Shown piece by piece: positions 51,701 through 63,429 of a stretch of DNA of 64,000 bases (the stretch's first letter is position 1; every line of letters begins with the position of its first letter). The translations under genes were made by a program, and so were the position numbers. Location of the stretch: the NCBI RefSeq assembly GCF_030144855.1, contig NC_082722.1, positions 27,652,001-27,716,000 of the forward strand. The letters are read 5' to 3'. The notes under the pieces were generated by a model. That model had not been told where the DNA came from. It worked only from the letters and a program-made list of their open reading frames with translations, and did not search any database. This stretch comes from Hypanus sabinus (lineage: Eukaryota).

Positions 51701-52490
51701 ACAAAGATATGGTTGGAAATATCAACGGTCCAGCTAAAAAGCTGAGAAAATGCAAATCTCCGGAATCACATCGAAATAATAAATAGACCAATCCAAAAAT
51801 ATCTAAAATTAAATTTGCTTTGTTTAAGATGTAAAATAAATTATTGGCACAAAGCTTAAACCAGCAATACCATTTCACAACATTTACGCAATCTTGGCTT
51901 TCCCTAAAATGTAAAGAGGTGAAAATTGTCGACTTCCAGGAATTAAGCCACTTACTTAACACAATAAGCTGGGAGCCACTTCCATTTCCCAACATTTGTT
52001 GTTGACTTTTCACTTGACAGTAATACACGCCGACGTCTGCGTATCTCACATTCAAGAGGGTAAATGTGCCCCTGCCTTTCTTTACATTGAACTGATTTCT
52101 GCTGTCTGGTTCTATAAATGCTTTCTGACCTTCCTTCCACCACGAAACTTCAGCAGTATCTTGTACCATTGGAAATTTGCAGAACATTGATTCATTTCCA
52201 CCGATTGAGACTTTTAAGGTTGAAGGGAATTGTTCCACTTTGCTCGAAGTACCTTTTGAGGCTGACAAAGCATAAGTGAAAATGGTGAAAACAGTTGCAT
52301 TCACAGCACAAAGAATCAGCAGGCAAAACAGGCAGAAAAATGGATATTTGTTATAGCTAATTTTGCTGCGTGTAGCAGATGTATAATTTTATAACATATT
52401 TGTTTCGTACATAGGGCATAAAAGTTTAAGCTAACCTGGCCAAAACGCGGCGAGAAGAGCCACGCACCGAACGATTGCATCCACAAACAT
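42552..52490 (-). CDS. Receptor gene B: non-rearranging L-VJ-C1-TM-cyt IgSF receptor, 5 coding exons, predicted 314 aa
   Basis: Exon lengths 55+306+297+102+185 = 945 nt with no internal stop; all introns GT-AG in phase 1. Confidence 0.8.
42737..43805 (+). mobile_element. 5'-truncated CR1 LINE abutting the gene B cytoplasmic exon
   Basis: MDKSPGPDG, QHGFIKGRPCLTSL, YMDY..AFEKV, and CR1 3' tail with tttctatg repeats. Confidence 0.85.
44395..44496 (-). CDS. Gene B transmembrane exon
   Basis: CAG|(E)DRNKLLILRCALGGLAIVILMIILIRSGDKANR(G)|GTAAG; 102 nt, phase 1-1. Confidence 0.85.
46400..50335 (-). mobile_element. Old CR1 LINE with a younger CR1 3' fragment (~47302-47955) nested in it
   Basis: Decayed ORF1/EN/RT remnants; nested piece has an uninterrupted 173-aa ORF 47433-47954 (VRPHLEYCAQFWSP..TRGH..FFSQRVV). 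Confidence 0.8.
50483..50779 (-). CDS. Gene B Ig C1-set exon
   Basis: TAG|PPTPLKII..LMCKTAAFYPKKIDVFW..YTCLVSHETL..IIEQ|GTAAG; C1 hallmarks FYP and YxCxVxH; 297 nt. Confidence 0.92.
51956..52261 (-). CDS. Gene B V exon with germline J-like G strand
   Basis: CAG|..VEQFP..MFC..VSWWK..DVGVYYC..LGNGSGSQLIVL|GTAAG; 306 nt, phase 1-1. Confidence 0.93.
52436..52490 (-). CDS. Gene B leader exon
   Basis: MFVDAIVRCVALLAAFWP..G|GTTAG; 174-nt intron to V; homologue at 23188. Confidence 0.8.
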
Positions 52491-52539
52491 TGCCAATGAG
52501 GGTGGTCTGTCTGAAAGATAGAAATTTATAGAATATAAT

Positions 52540-53170
52540 TATCAAGAGATCATTATTGATGAATTATTTATAATTGTCAAGGCTATATCGATGCCTTGGC
52601 TACAAGAATTTCTGCAGATACCAGAAACCCCGAGGAAAGCCCACAACGTGCCAGCGGAGCTCAGTGGGTCAGGCGACATCAATGATGAAAAATAGACAGT
52701 CGATGTTTCGGGATAAAATCCTTCTTCAGGACTGGAAAGGAAGAGGGAAGAAGTCAGAAGAAGGAGATGCGGGAGGGAAAGACGTATCAACTAGCTGTTG
52801 ATAAGTGGGGGGAGGGAACGTAAAGAGATTGGACTTGATAGGTAGATTTATATTCAGTCTCGATAGCCTGCAACCTACTGATAGGAACATTGAATTCTCT
52901 AACTTTCAATAATTTCTTCCGGACACCTTTCATCGTTTTCCATTTCCCATTCTGGGTCCCTATTTATCCCTTCTCTTCTCCTCTCCTCGCTTTGCTGCTT
53001 CTCGAAATTCACTTTCTCCAGTGCTCCAATGCCCTCTCCTATCAGATTCCTTCTCATTCAGTCCTTTACGCCTTCCTCGGGCCGATCCGAATTCGCCCAG
53101 GGCTTTTCCTATGTACTAATCCTTCCCGGTTCACTGCGGCTAAACGATATAAGCTGCAAGCTGCTATTGA
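52540..53170 (-). mobile_element. Penelope-like remnant upstream of gene B, shared with gene C (22490-23110)
   Basis: Inverted alignment to 22490-23110; hammerhead-like core at 52697-52734. Confidence 0.7.
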
Positions 53171-53729
53171 TTCTTAATCCCCAGGTAATTCTAGTACAGC
53201 ACAGGAAAATGCCTTTCGACCAATGATGTCTATATCGATCATAATTCTTGACTTTTTTTATATAAAAATTTCTTTTATGGTGTATGACTTTTCTTTACAT
53301 TTTTGATTACAGAGTGGTATACCTTTATGTGTTATGCTATAACATTTTGATCAATTTTATTACAATATATGAATGTACACAAGTTATGTTGAGATGTATC
53401 AATGTGTTGCACACTGTAGATATTGTTTTTTTTTCTTTTGAATAAAAATATTGTATAAAGAAAGATCATAATTCTATCTGACCACTCTTTTTGCCTCATC
53501 AAGGCCATGGTTGAAAGTCCTTTAACTGTTGTAATCAAATCAACACTCTCTTGTAGCACTGCGTAATGTACCTGCTTCGCAAACCTCATTTACTTTTTTC
53601 CTTTCTTAGTTCAAGGCGATGCACTCTATTAACTGCCGCTAATACGCATGAGTGATACTGGTGAAGAAAATGGCAAGATTAGAGAATCCCGGTTCACGAT
53701 GATATTGAGACACTGTTTCGGAGAAAGGA

Positions 53730-55350
53730 GAGCTGAAGCATCTAAAGGGAACAGGTTCAAGTCATTCCCGACAGAAATATAAGACATACTGTAGTCGACC
53801 TGAGGGAAATCATGAGAGCACTAAGGTAGCATGATATAACTTCTGAATATAAAGCATGAGGAAATGAGCAAATAACGACCGAGAAATAGCGATGACAGAG
53901 TTGTAAATTACTATTTGCCACCACTGTGTTGAAAAGCGGGGAAGCCAAGGGATTAAGGGGAAAAAACATTTTTGAAACAGATGCACACGCGAAAAATGGA
54001 GACGTGGGGGGAACGGGGTTCTCACGGTGTATACACAGTCCGTTTGATGAACATACGGCACCTGATCAAGTGTATCTTTCGACATTGTGAGAAGCTAGAG
54101 GAGAAATTGTAAGGCCTATTGCAAAGATATCAGCATCGTCATTCACCAGGATTGTGTTACCGCAGCAGTGGAGAGTAGCAAATATTTTAAGAAGATCTGC
54201 AAGAACAAGAGGAGAGTTGAAGTTGGCGATCCCAACAACGGTGAGTGGAAAGATACTGCAGTGGATCGGAGAGAGAGAAGCTATCACAATCTGGAAAGGT
54301 AAACTTTGAAATAGTGACCGCAGCATGGATTTGTCATTTGGAATCTCATCTCACAAATTTGTTTAAGTTGATTGAAGAGGTGATGAGGAAAATTGCTGAG
54401 TGCAGCAATTGGACTTGTACGTCATTCACTTTTCAAGCTCCCGCATGACAGGCTTGCATAGAAAGGTAGATGACATGGGTTAGTTAAACCAGGGCAGGAA
54501 TTGCACAGTAGACTGCCCAGGGCGTCGAAGTAAAACGACGTGACTGAGGGGTACATGAAGATTTATCTTCGAAAGCGACAACGGGGTGGACAGACTGGTG
54601 AAGAAGGTGCCTGACTCATTAATTTAACAGTTGTAGCACTGTGTACAATATCTGGGCCGTCATGTTCACTGTACAAGTCGTTGGTGAAACAGATCAGAGT
54701 ATTCTGAGCACTTCTGATCATCCAGCTGAAGAAACGGCCCGACGAAGCTTGAAATGCTGCAGGAGAAATTCGTAAATGCATTTGCGGGACAACATGTTTT
54801 TCGCTGCAGAGAGAGTCTGGGGTTACTCTTCCCTCGAGCACAGGAGGTTCACTAGTGACAATAAGCAGTGGGTATGGTTACAGACTTTTTACCCAGAATA
54901 GCTGAAACAAAAGACAGAATGTATCTATTCAAGATGAGAGACAAAACATTTAAATGGTTCTGGGGCAAGTTTTCAAAAGCAAGGGGGCTTGATAATTTCA
55001 ATAGAGTACGGGATGATTCTGTAGAAGTGGGTACAATTGTAACGTGTTAGGAACATTTGAATTAGTACACAGGTAGAAAAGGATTATACTGATAAGTTCC
55101 CAATGCAAGTAAAAGGGTATAGCTGGGTCGAAGTCCCGGTGCAGTGCCTTATGAAGCCACGGATCTATTTGGATGGGGTGAAGTGGTTCCTTGGAATGCT
55201 GGGGATAGTGGGGCGTATTCATAATTATATAGGGTTAATGTGTAGTTTATATAATTGATGTTTGATAGTAGGCATGGACGGGGTCGCGCGAATGTGCTCT
55301 GTGAACGGATAGCTTATTGCAGTGAGCCAGCAGAGTATTCTCCGGTTGTG
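53730..55350 (+). mobile_element. Highly decayed CR1 LINE
   Basis: Plus-strand frames resemble EARxEIxxPxAKI..WRVAN..SGK.L..HGF. Confidence 0.6.
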
Positions 55351-56399
55351 GCCTCCTCTTAAGGTCAAGTAAAGAACAAGGACTGGAACCAATTGTCCTA
55401 CTCAGTTGAAATGAAATAATGTGAACAAATATCCACCTGACTTTTGGAGTTGTGAGCAATGTTCTCCTGTTGATTAATAAAAGGGAATGATGAGAATCGC
55501 AGTCGAGGGTAAAACAAGGTACAGATGTGTTATCAGTTTAGAATACACCTTAAAATTATTGGCCAGATTGTATTTAAATCCTCAAATACTTGTTAATTGA
55601 AATTTATTCACTGCTAAAAACGGTAATTGATCTGTTTGAAAGTATTGATAACTAAGAAAAATATTTATTTGGAGTTTAAATATTTTTAAATCTTTAATTT
55701 TTGTTTTCGCTTTGGAATATTTGGGAAGTTTTGACTTTTACCAAAAAAAATCAGATGTTTAAAACGTTTTCGATTTGACAGTTCCGCTTAACTCTGAAGG
55801 TTATTCGATTAATTTCTCAAGAGGCGTTTCGGCCACTTCAGGAAACCCCACTAATTGTGCAATATCTGACTATTGCCATGTGTATGTCGTTATCACATAA
55901 AATCTTTCCCAAGCCATCAGGAATGGTGTCGTAGTTAAAAACTATTTACAGGCCTATTGCAAGCATTGCAGACCACTGTACTTGGAGTATAATGTGAAAG
56001 GTGTTCCGTAGAGTAGGGACAATCCAAGAATAGGAAACAAAATCAGTGCCTTAATCTGCAACTATTCATCGGACGATCGATCAGAAGTCTTCGATCTGTT
56101 TCGCTCTCCCTGACGCTCGATGATCAACTGTTAATCTCCAATTCTTTGGAGATTTAATCTCCACTCTTTTTTGCGGACATTGTTTTATTCTGCTGCTGTT
56201 GTCCAGAAATTATTGTGCTATTCATCCCCATGGTCTTGTGTTTACCTCATTCACATCTTGGAAAACATAGCGAGAAGATCGAAGCCAAAACAAAAATTAC
56301 ATGCTGTAGGCTCCTTCCACCTTACTCTAAGTGGCAGCTATCGAAACAATTCTCTGTCAGGACGTTAACTTTAGCTCCCAGTGTTCCCATTTTCCCCAG

Positions 56400-56686
56400 T
56401 TTGGTGGCATCCGTCGGTCTCGGCCTGGATATTCCAGGGCTGTATGGGCTGATAGGGTTGTATGGGAGACCGGCAGTTGCCCAAGCTGCAGGCCTTCCCC
56501 TCTCCAGGCCACCGATGTTGTCCAAAGGAAGGGCACTAGGACCCATGCAGCTTGGCACCGGTGACATCGCAGAGCAATGTGTTGTTAAGTGCCTTGCTCA
56601 AGGACACAAACACGCTACCTTCGCTGAGGCTCGAACCAGTGACCTTCATGTTACTAGTCTGATGCCTTGCCCACTAGGCCACGCGC
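56400..56686 (-). mobile_element. tRNA-derived V-SINE-type element
   Basis: A box tggcctagtgg, B box ggttcgagcc, then V-domain core gtgtccttgagcaaggcacttaac. Confidence 0.8.
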
Positions 56687-56749
56687 ATTTTCCTAATGTA
56701 AAATATTTTCTCACAGGACTGATAAGAGCATTGTTATCAGTAACGCAAA

Positions 56750-57520
56750 AGATTCTGCAAATACTGCAAATCTACAGCAACACACACGAGGTGAATTGAG
56801 CAGATCAGACCGCATCTATGGAAGTGAACGAACGGTCAACAGTTCGGTCCGAGTCCCTTCATTAGCACTGGAAAGCAGGGTGGTAGATTGCAGAATAAAA
56901 AGTCAGTGGGATGGTGGACGAATTGGAAGGTGATAGTTGAAGCCAGGTTGAGGGGGCTTTTGAGAGGGGGGTGGAGAGGAGCGTGTGAGTTTGGGCGGTG
57001 GGATGAAGTAAGAATCTGGGAGGAAAGATGTTAAAAATGCAAAGAGCTGGAGAATTAGGAATCTAATAGGAAAGGAGAGTAGACTACGGGAGAAAGGGAA
57101 GGAAGTGGGACAGAAGTGGAGGTTACAGGCAGCAGAGTAGAGAGGATAAGAGGACAGAGGTGGGAACAGAAGAGAGACGTGGGAGGGAAAATACTTGAGG
57201 GAGAAGTCGATGTCAGGTTGGAGGCTACCTGGACTGAATCCGTGGTGTTGCTCGCCCACCCTGAGAGTAGCCTCATGAAGGCGTAAGAAGAGAACATGAA
57301 TCGAAATGTCGGAACGTGAATTGATAGGAATAAAAATATTTGGCCACTCGCAAATTCCGCATTTTGGGGTGAGGTGGAGGTGCTTGAAAAAGTGGTCCCC
57401 AGTTTACCTCGAGTCTCATCAATGTAGAAGAGCCCGCATTGGTAGCTCCGGCTACAGTAGACTGCTCTGGCCGATTCGCAGGTGAGGTGTTGTCTCACTG
57501 TTCGTGGCCCTGAATGGAGG
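56750..57520 (-). mobile_element. Penelope-like element fragment
   Basis: ORF 57055-57498 HLTCES..VYC..CGLFYIDETR (degenerate GIY-YIG) plus terminal motif at ~56830. Confidence 0.75.
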
Positions 57521-59179
57521 TGGTGAAGGTATAATTTTTAGGTTCTCTTCATTCCATTTAGATTTACATTTTTTGATTCGAAACAAACCGATGTCTTCAC
57601 CCATCTTAGTACAAGTTTGACAATACTTCAAAGGCATTTACATAGCGATATCAGTCCAGAAACTAGCTTGGTTATGAAATCAACTATTTATATCCTTTGC
57701 AATAATATCCTTTTATTCATAGAACGGCCACTTCTTTGTTTCACTGTGCGATCCGACCACATATTATTATTTTCTGCCTTAAATAAAAAAAAATGCAACC
57801 ATTCTCCAAATAGTTTCTCATGATGTAACCGTTCGCGCTTGGAAGGCTGTCAGCAATCGATACGCTTAAAGATTAAAGTTAAAAATCTGTTTTATTTAAA
57901 ATTGTGATGAAGCTTCACATTTTTCTCTTTCCAGAAGGCACACGCCGTAGAATCGAAACACAGATATCGCAGGAAAACATTCGAAACTTTCAGTTGCGTG
58001 AAAGAGGCTTTGAAGTCACTTTATAAAAAAATCCATTGTCTGTAACCTAAAAAAGACAATAGTCCGGAAATCGATTTCTGAGACACATGTAAATTTTAAC
58101 CACAAAGGCTTTCCGTGACATCATCGGAGGCCCGTTAGTGCATTTCTATTCCCTGCTATTTATATTTTCCTGTTAACGTGCACGAGGAGTTTGCTGTGGA
58201 TCTTCAGCTGAAAGAAAACATTGAATCCTGGAGTGCATCACGGCAGAGGTCTGTTCCATCCGTTTCATCCATTAAGAACGAAAATATTTACATCGCCGTT
58301 CTTACCTACCTCCAGCACAGTAGCACTTCTCTAACAGCTTGTTCTGTATACCTACCGACCTCTGTCCGTTAGAAAAGGATGCCGTGGCCAGTCCCGCTTC
58401 AATTTTTTTTCTCTCTCAGTTCACAACTATCTATTCCAGATTTGGATCCTCTATATTGAGAAAACGGCTGCGAGCATCTTGTTTATTAATGTCCGTAACA
58501 ATTGCGCTCCAGAGTGAACAGTCCATTTCTATCCAATCTCTCGGCGCCACTGAAACATTCCATTCCAGGCATTGTCCCAGAGAATCTCTTTTGCAATCGA
58601 TCTAACTCTACTAGGTGCTAACTGTGGACCAGAAGAGCACACGACACTCCATAACTGGCCTAGCCATTGTCTATTGGTACAACTTGATGTCCCAGCTCTT
58701 GTCAATATATTGCCAAGAGAGCAAGGAGGCTAAACGCCTTCTTATCTGGATCATGATGTGTCGTTTTTACGTGCACCGTAAGAACGTGCACCTTTGTGTA
58801 TTAACGCTTCTAATATCCCTCAACTATATCCTGTAAGTACTCATGGCAGAGCAAATCACAAGAATTTCTGAAATCCAGAGTAGGAAACAGAAAATGTTGG
58901 AGGAACTCAGTAGGTCATGTGCCATCTCTTACAGGGGCTCCCAACCTCTGTTAATGGTGGAGGTCCGTGGCGTAAAAAGGTTGAAAACTCCTGATACATG
59001 GAGAGGTAAAAACAATCAACGTTTCTGGTCGAGACCCTTCATTAGTCTTCGAAGAGGATATGCCCTTGATTAGCCTGGATTCTTTTCTTAGAGAGAAGGA
59101 AGCAACATTCCCTCTACTTATCTTTTAACGACAGCACAGAGCAACAATTGCACCAAGCAGGAAATTTTGCCATGGCTTG

Positions 59180-59640
59180 TAAAAGGATTATGTACGGACT
59201 GGTGGTTTATTAACAATGATCTACCAATTTCCGCTCTGAACTGACTGTTACAAGTTCTAACAAAGTTGCAACTTGAAACACTAACAATGTAATACGTTGA
59301 AGCTCTAAAATGTTACACGGTAATGTTTTTGGTACGTTTATTATTTGGAAAACATATACATTATATACACCAACACAATAAATTACAGGGTATTTCATAA
59401 TTATATTTACATAGATTCCAAATTATATTAGCAAGTTGTGCAGGAGTGCTTCAGCTACCACGCAGGGGCGCACCCACGAAGATTAGAGGGAACAGAGATG
59501 CCAAGTGTGTACAGAATACATAGATGGGCGGTTGGTTTCCTGATGAACTGAGCTGTGTCCATAACCTTCTTCATTTTTGATGTCTTAGGCAACCTCCCAC
59601 TGTCAACATTTTGGGTATCAATAACAAGATATGACATTCG
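59180..59640 (-). repeat. Paralogous upstream block of gene B
   Basis: Reverse-complement similarity to ~21480-21990 and ~37550-38020. Confidence 0.75.
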
Positions 59641-59949
59641 GCACTCTTACTTGAATGTAAAAATACAAACAATATTTATGAGTGGAAAGGTCGAAGGGAT
59701 TTGAGATGCAAAGTGACCTGGGTGAACAAAACTAACGAATAATTCGCGATGGGAAATCTGCCCCAGCCACCCATCATTCAGGCAAATCTTCAAGCAGCAA
59801 GTGGGTACAAGGGGTCACAGGCAGGCGAGAAAACGGGGATGAAGATCAAGCCAATTAGTCATAACACTATAACACCATAAGAAATATGAGCAATTTCTGG
59901 CCATTTTGACGATGGGGTCTGCTCCACCATTTCTTGCTGAGGCCGTAAG

Positions 59950-62690
59950 ACCTTAAGAACATAAGATACAGGAGCAGAAGTAGACTATTCGGCTCATCGA
60001 GTATCCTCCGCCTTACAATCGTTGGCTGATGCAATTCTTCCACCCACCCTCACTCCCCTGCCTTCTCCCCATACCTTTTAATGCCCTGGCTAATCAAGAA
60101 CCTCTCTATCTCTGCCTTAAGTACACCCAATTACTAAGACTCCACAGCCGCTCGTGGTAACAAATTACACAGATATACCACACTCTGACCACCTTATAAC
60201 TTCTCCGCATCTCAGTTCTAAATGGACATCCTTCATCCTGAATTCGTGCCCTCTTGTACTAGATTGCCCTAACATGAGAAATAGCATTGCCATATCTATT
60301 CTGTTCAAGCCTTTTAACATTCGGAATGTTTCTATGAGATTTCCCCTCATTGTCCTGAACTCCAGGAAATACAGTCCAAGACCTGTCGGACGCTCCTCTT
60401 GCGGTAACCCTTTTCATTCCTGGAATCATTCTGTGAATATTTTCTGCAGTGTCCAATGTCAGTGTATCCCTTCCAAAATAAGGAGCGCGATACGGCACAC
60501 AATACTCCGTCTACTCTCACGATTGCCTTATAGAGCCACAACATCACATCCCTGCTTTTATATTCTATACCTCCAGAAAAGTATGACAACATTGCCCGCA
60601 CCTTCTTCACAACTGACTCAACCTGGAGGTTAACCTTTAAGGTATCTTGTGCAAGGACTCCCAAGTCCCCTTGTATGCCTGCATAGTTAAAGGAGCTTAG
60701 TATCTTCTTTGATATTAGTCACTTGCTTCCTTTAATAATACATTTCTTCCTTTCTAATGACTTTTTTAGATTCCTTCTGCGTTTTTTCAAAAGCTTTCCG
60801 ATCCTGTATCTTCCCACGAGCTCTGGTGTCCTTGTATGCCCTCCCTTTCGCCTTTACTTTGGCTCTGGCTTCACTTAACAGCTACGGTAGTGTCCTTCAT
60901 CCCTTTGAAAATTTCTTCTTATTTGGAATATATCTGCCTTGTACTTCCCTCATATTTTTTGCAGAAACTCCAGCCATTGATGCTCTGCTCTCCTTCCTGA
61001 AAATGTCCCTTTCCTTTCAACATCGACCAATTCCCCTCTCAAGCCATTCTAATTCCATTTCTCCCACTGAAATATTGACATAGTGGATTTTATTTTTTCC
61101 CTCTCAAATTTCAATATGAACTCTATCATGTTGTGATCTCTGTTCCTTCGGGGTTCCTTAACATTAAGCTCTCTTATCACCTTGGGATCATTGCACAATA
61201 CCCAATCCGGCACCACCGATCCCCTAGTGGGCTCAACAGCAAGCTGGTCGAAGAAGCCCTCCCTTGAACATTCTACAAATTCTCTCTCGAGTTCCAGTAC
61301 TGATCTGGCTTTTCAAATACACTTCCTTATTAAAATCGCCAACGATTATCATGGCATTGCATTTCTGACACGTCTTTTCTATCTCCTCTTGCAATTTGAT
61401 ATCACCATCCCGGCTGCGGCTTGGAGGACTGTATACAACTGCCGTTAGGGTCCATTTATTTTTCTATTTCTTAACTGAACCCATAGAGTCTCCACACCTT
61501 CAATTCCTATGTCATCTCATTATAATGATTTAATATAAATTCTTATAGACAAAGCCACACCACCCCTCTGCCTACCAACCTATCTTTCCGATACACCATT
61601 AAACGTAGGACGTGAGGAACCCAATGACAGCCTTCGTTCAGCCAAGTTTCAACGTCACATTTGACCATCTGTAGATGAATTTCAAGATCGTCCGTCTTAT
61701 TCTTTATGTTGGGTGCATTCAACCCTAACACTTTCAGTCCAGTATTCGATGTTTTCTGAATTAACTGCACCACGCCTGTATTGCCCTGTAACTCATGCCA
61801 GTGGCTGTGATTAAGCCTCATCACCTGCCTGTTCTTTCTGTAATCTCTTTTGCGCTCTATCTTTGATTTATTTCTGTTCTCCCCTTTCTCGATCCTATCA
61901 ATCCGGTTCCCAAACCCCTGTCCAATTAGATTAAAGATCCGAGACACCCCTTACCCTGGCACCTGGGAGGCAACGCACAATGCAGGTACACCTATCAGGC
62001 TGACAGAACCTCCTGTCTGTTCCTATCACTATAGAATGCTCTTTGACTATTGCATTCCTCACCTTCCTCTTTCCCTCCTGTACCACGGAACCAAGCACAG
62101 TGCCACAGACCCAATCGCCGTTGTCGCCCTCTGTCACGTCCTCCTCCTCAACCGCTTCCAAAACAAGATAACGATTGTTGAGAGGGATGGCCACAGGGTG
62201 CTCTACTATCTGAGCTCTTCCCCTCGCTTCCCTGACCGTCACACACTTATCTAACTCATGCAGCCTCGGTGTGTCTAGCTCCTTTTAGTCCCTCTGCATT
62301 TCCTGTTCACTCTCCCTAAGAAGCTGTAGATCATCGGGCCGCTGCTTTAGATCCAGGAGCTGCCAGGAGCTGTATCTCGGTGCACCTGGCGTAGATGTGG
62401 CCTTCTGGGAGAGTGGAAAATTCCCGGCATTCCCACATCTGACACCCAGAGCAAAGTACTAACCCTACCAACATGCGCTCTATTCCTTAGAAACTGCAAA
62501 GAAAAACCAGAAACGAAGTCCACCTACCCACTGACATCGCCGAAGCCTCAGTAAGCCAAAGCCTGTCGCTTCTACTCTCGCCACTGGCCTCCTCCCGACA
62601 ATGGCCCCTCCGCTCAACCAGTCTGTACTTTTATTTAGTTCGTCCAGCTCAGTTGCCACCGCTGATAGGCCTCGCACAATGGACTAACAC
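59950..62690 (-). mobile_element. Internally deleted near-full-length CR1 LINE
   Basis: ORF1 esterase-type PLNNRY..CLPGARV (61931-62242), endonuclease remnants, RT C-terminus and tail. Confidence 0.8.
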
Positions 62691-63429
62691 CCGCGAAGCT
62701 CTTGTTTTAAATAATTGAGATATCAGTACCGTCTTTAAGTAGAAATTTGCTACCGGAGCACTGAAAAGTGGCTATTGCGCTTTCATTTAAAAAGGTCCGC
62801 AAGTACAGGTGGCAATTCAAATATCGGAGCTGGGAAACATACTGGAATGAAGGACAGAATCTAACAGAATTTGAAAAGTCAAAAGGATATAAAAGTTACA
62901 GTTAGCATTGATTTCTCAAGGAGAATCGTCGCTCACAAACTTGATTCAGTTGTTTTGTAGAAGCTATGCAGAAAATTGCGGAGAGCAGGTCAGTCAACTC
63001 TATCTTAATTGTGGAATCAGACGGTGATAGTGGAGATTTGGAACCAAGAGTAAAGGCTTTCCAATAGTGATATACTGAAGAGATAGGTCCTGGTTCCATT
63101 ATTGTTTGACATTTCTAAAATATTTAGTTGATAGTATTTTTAAGATGTTACTGCATTTCAGGATGCAGTGGAATTAGTGATATACCAGACAGTGAAAATT
63201 AACTAAGACGAGGAACTGGGAAAGTGAGCTAAATAATTGCGGATAGAGTTCAAGTGGGACATTTGCAAAGTGTTGCATTTTGGTTAGTTAAACTGGGGCA
63301 GGAATTGCGCAATGGGTTGTCCTGGGCGTTGAAGTAGAGCACGGTGACTGAGAGATGCAGGCACGTTGATCCGTAAAATTGTCGACAGAGATGGACAGGC
63401 TGGTAAAGTTGTTTGTTACAATTAAGTCA

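Noticed and set aside
51684-52304. ORF-track protein as a single-exon gene
   Set aside because: Both ends run into introns; true exon limits are 52261 and 51956 with canonical splice sites.
54066-54326. Protein-like minus-strand ORF
   Set aside because: It is the antisense of a decayed CR1 ORF2 segment.
56215-56799. 194-aa ORF
   Set aside because: Mostly the antisense of the V-SINE.
57915-58100. About 60 open codons after a strong acceptor ttttctctttccag
   Set aside because: No recognisable domain, donor or paralogue; lies in B-specific decayed sequence.
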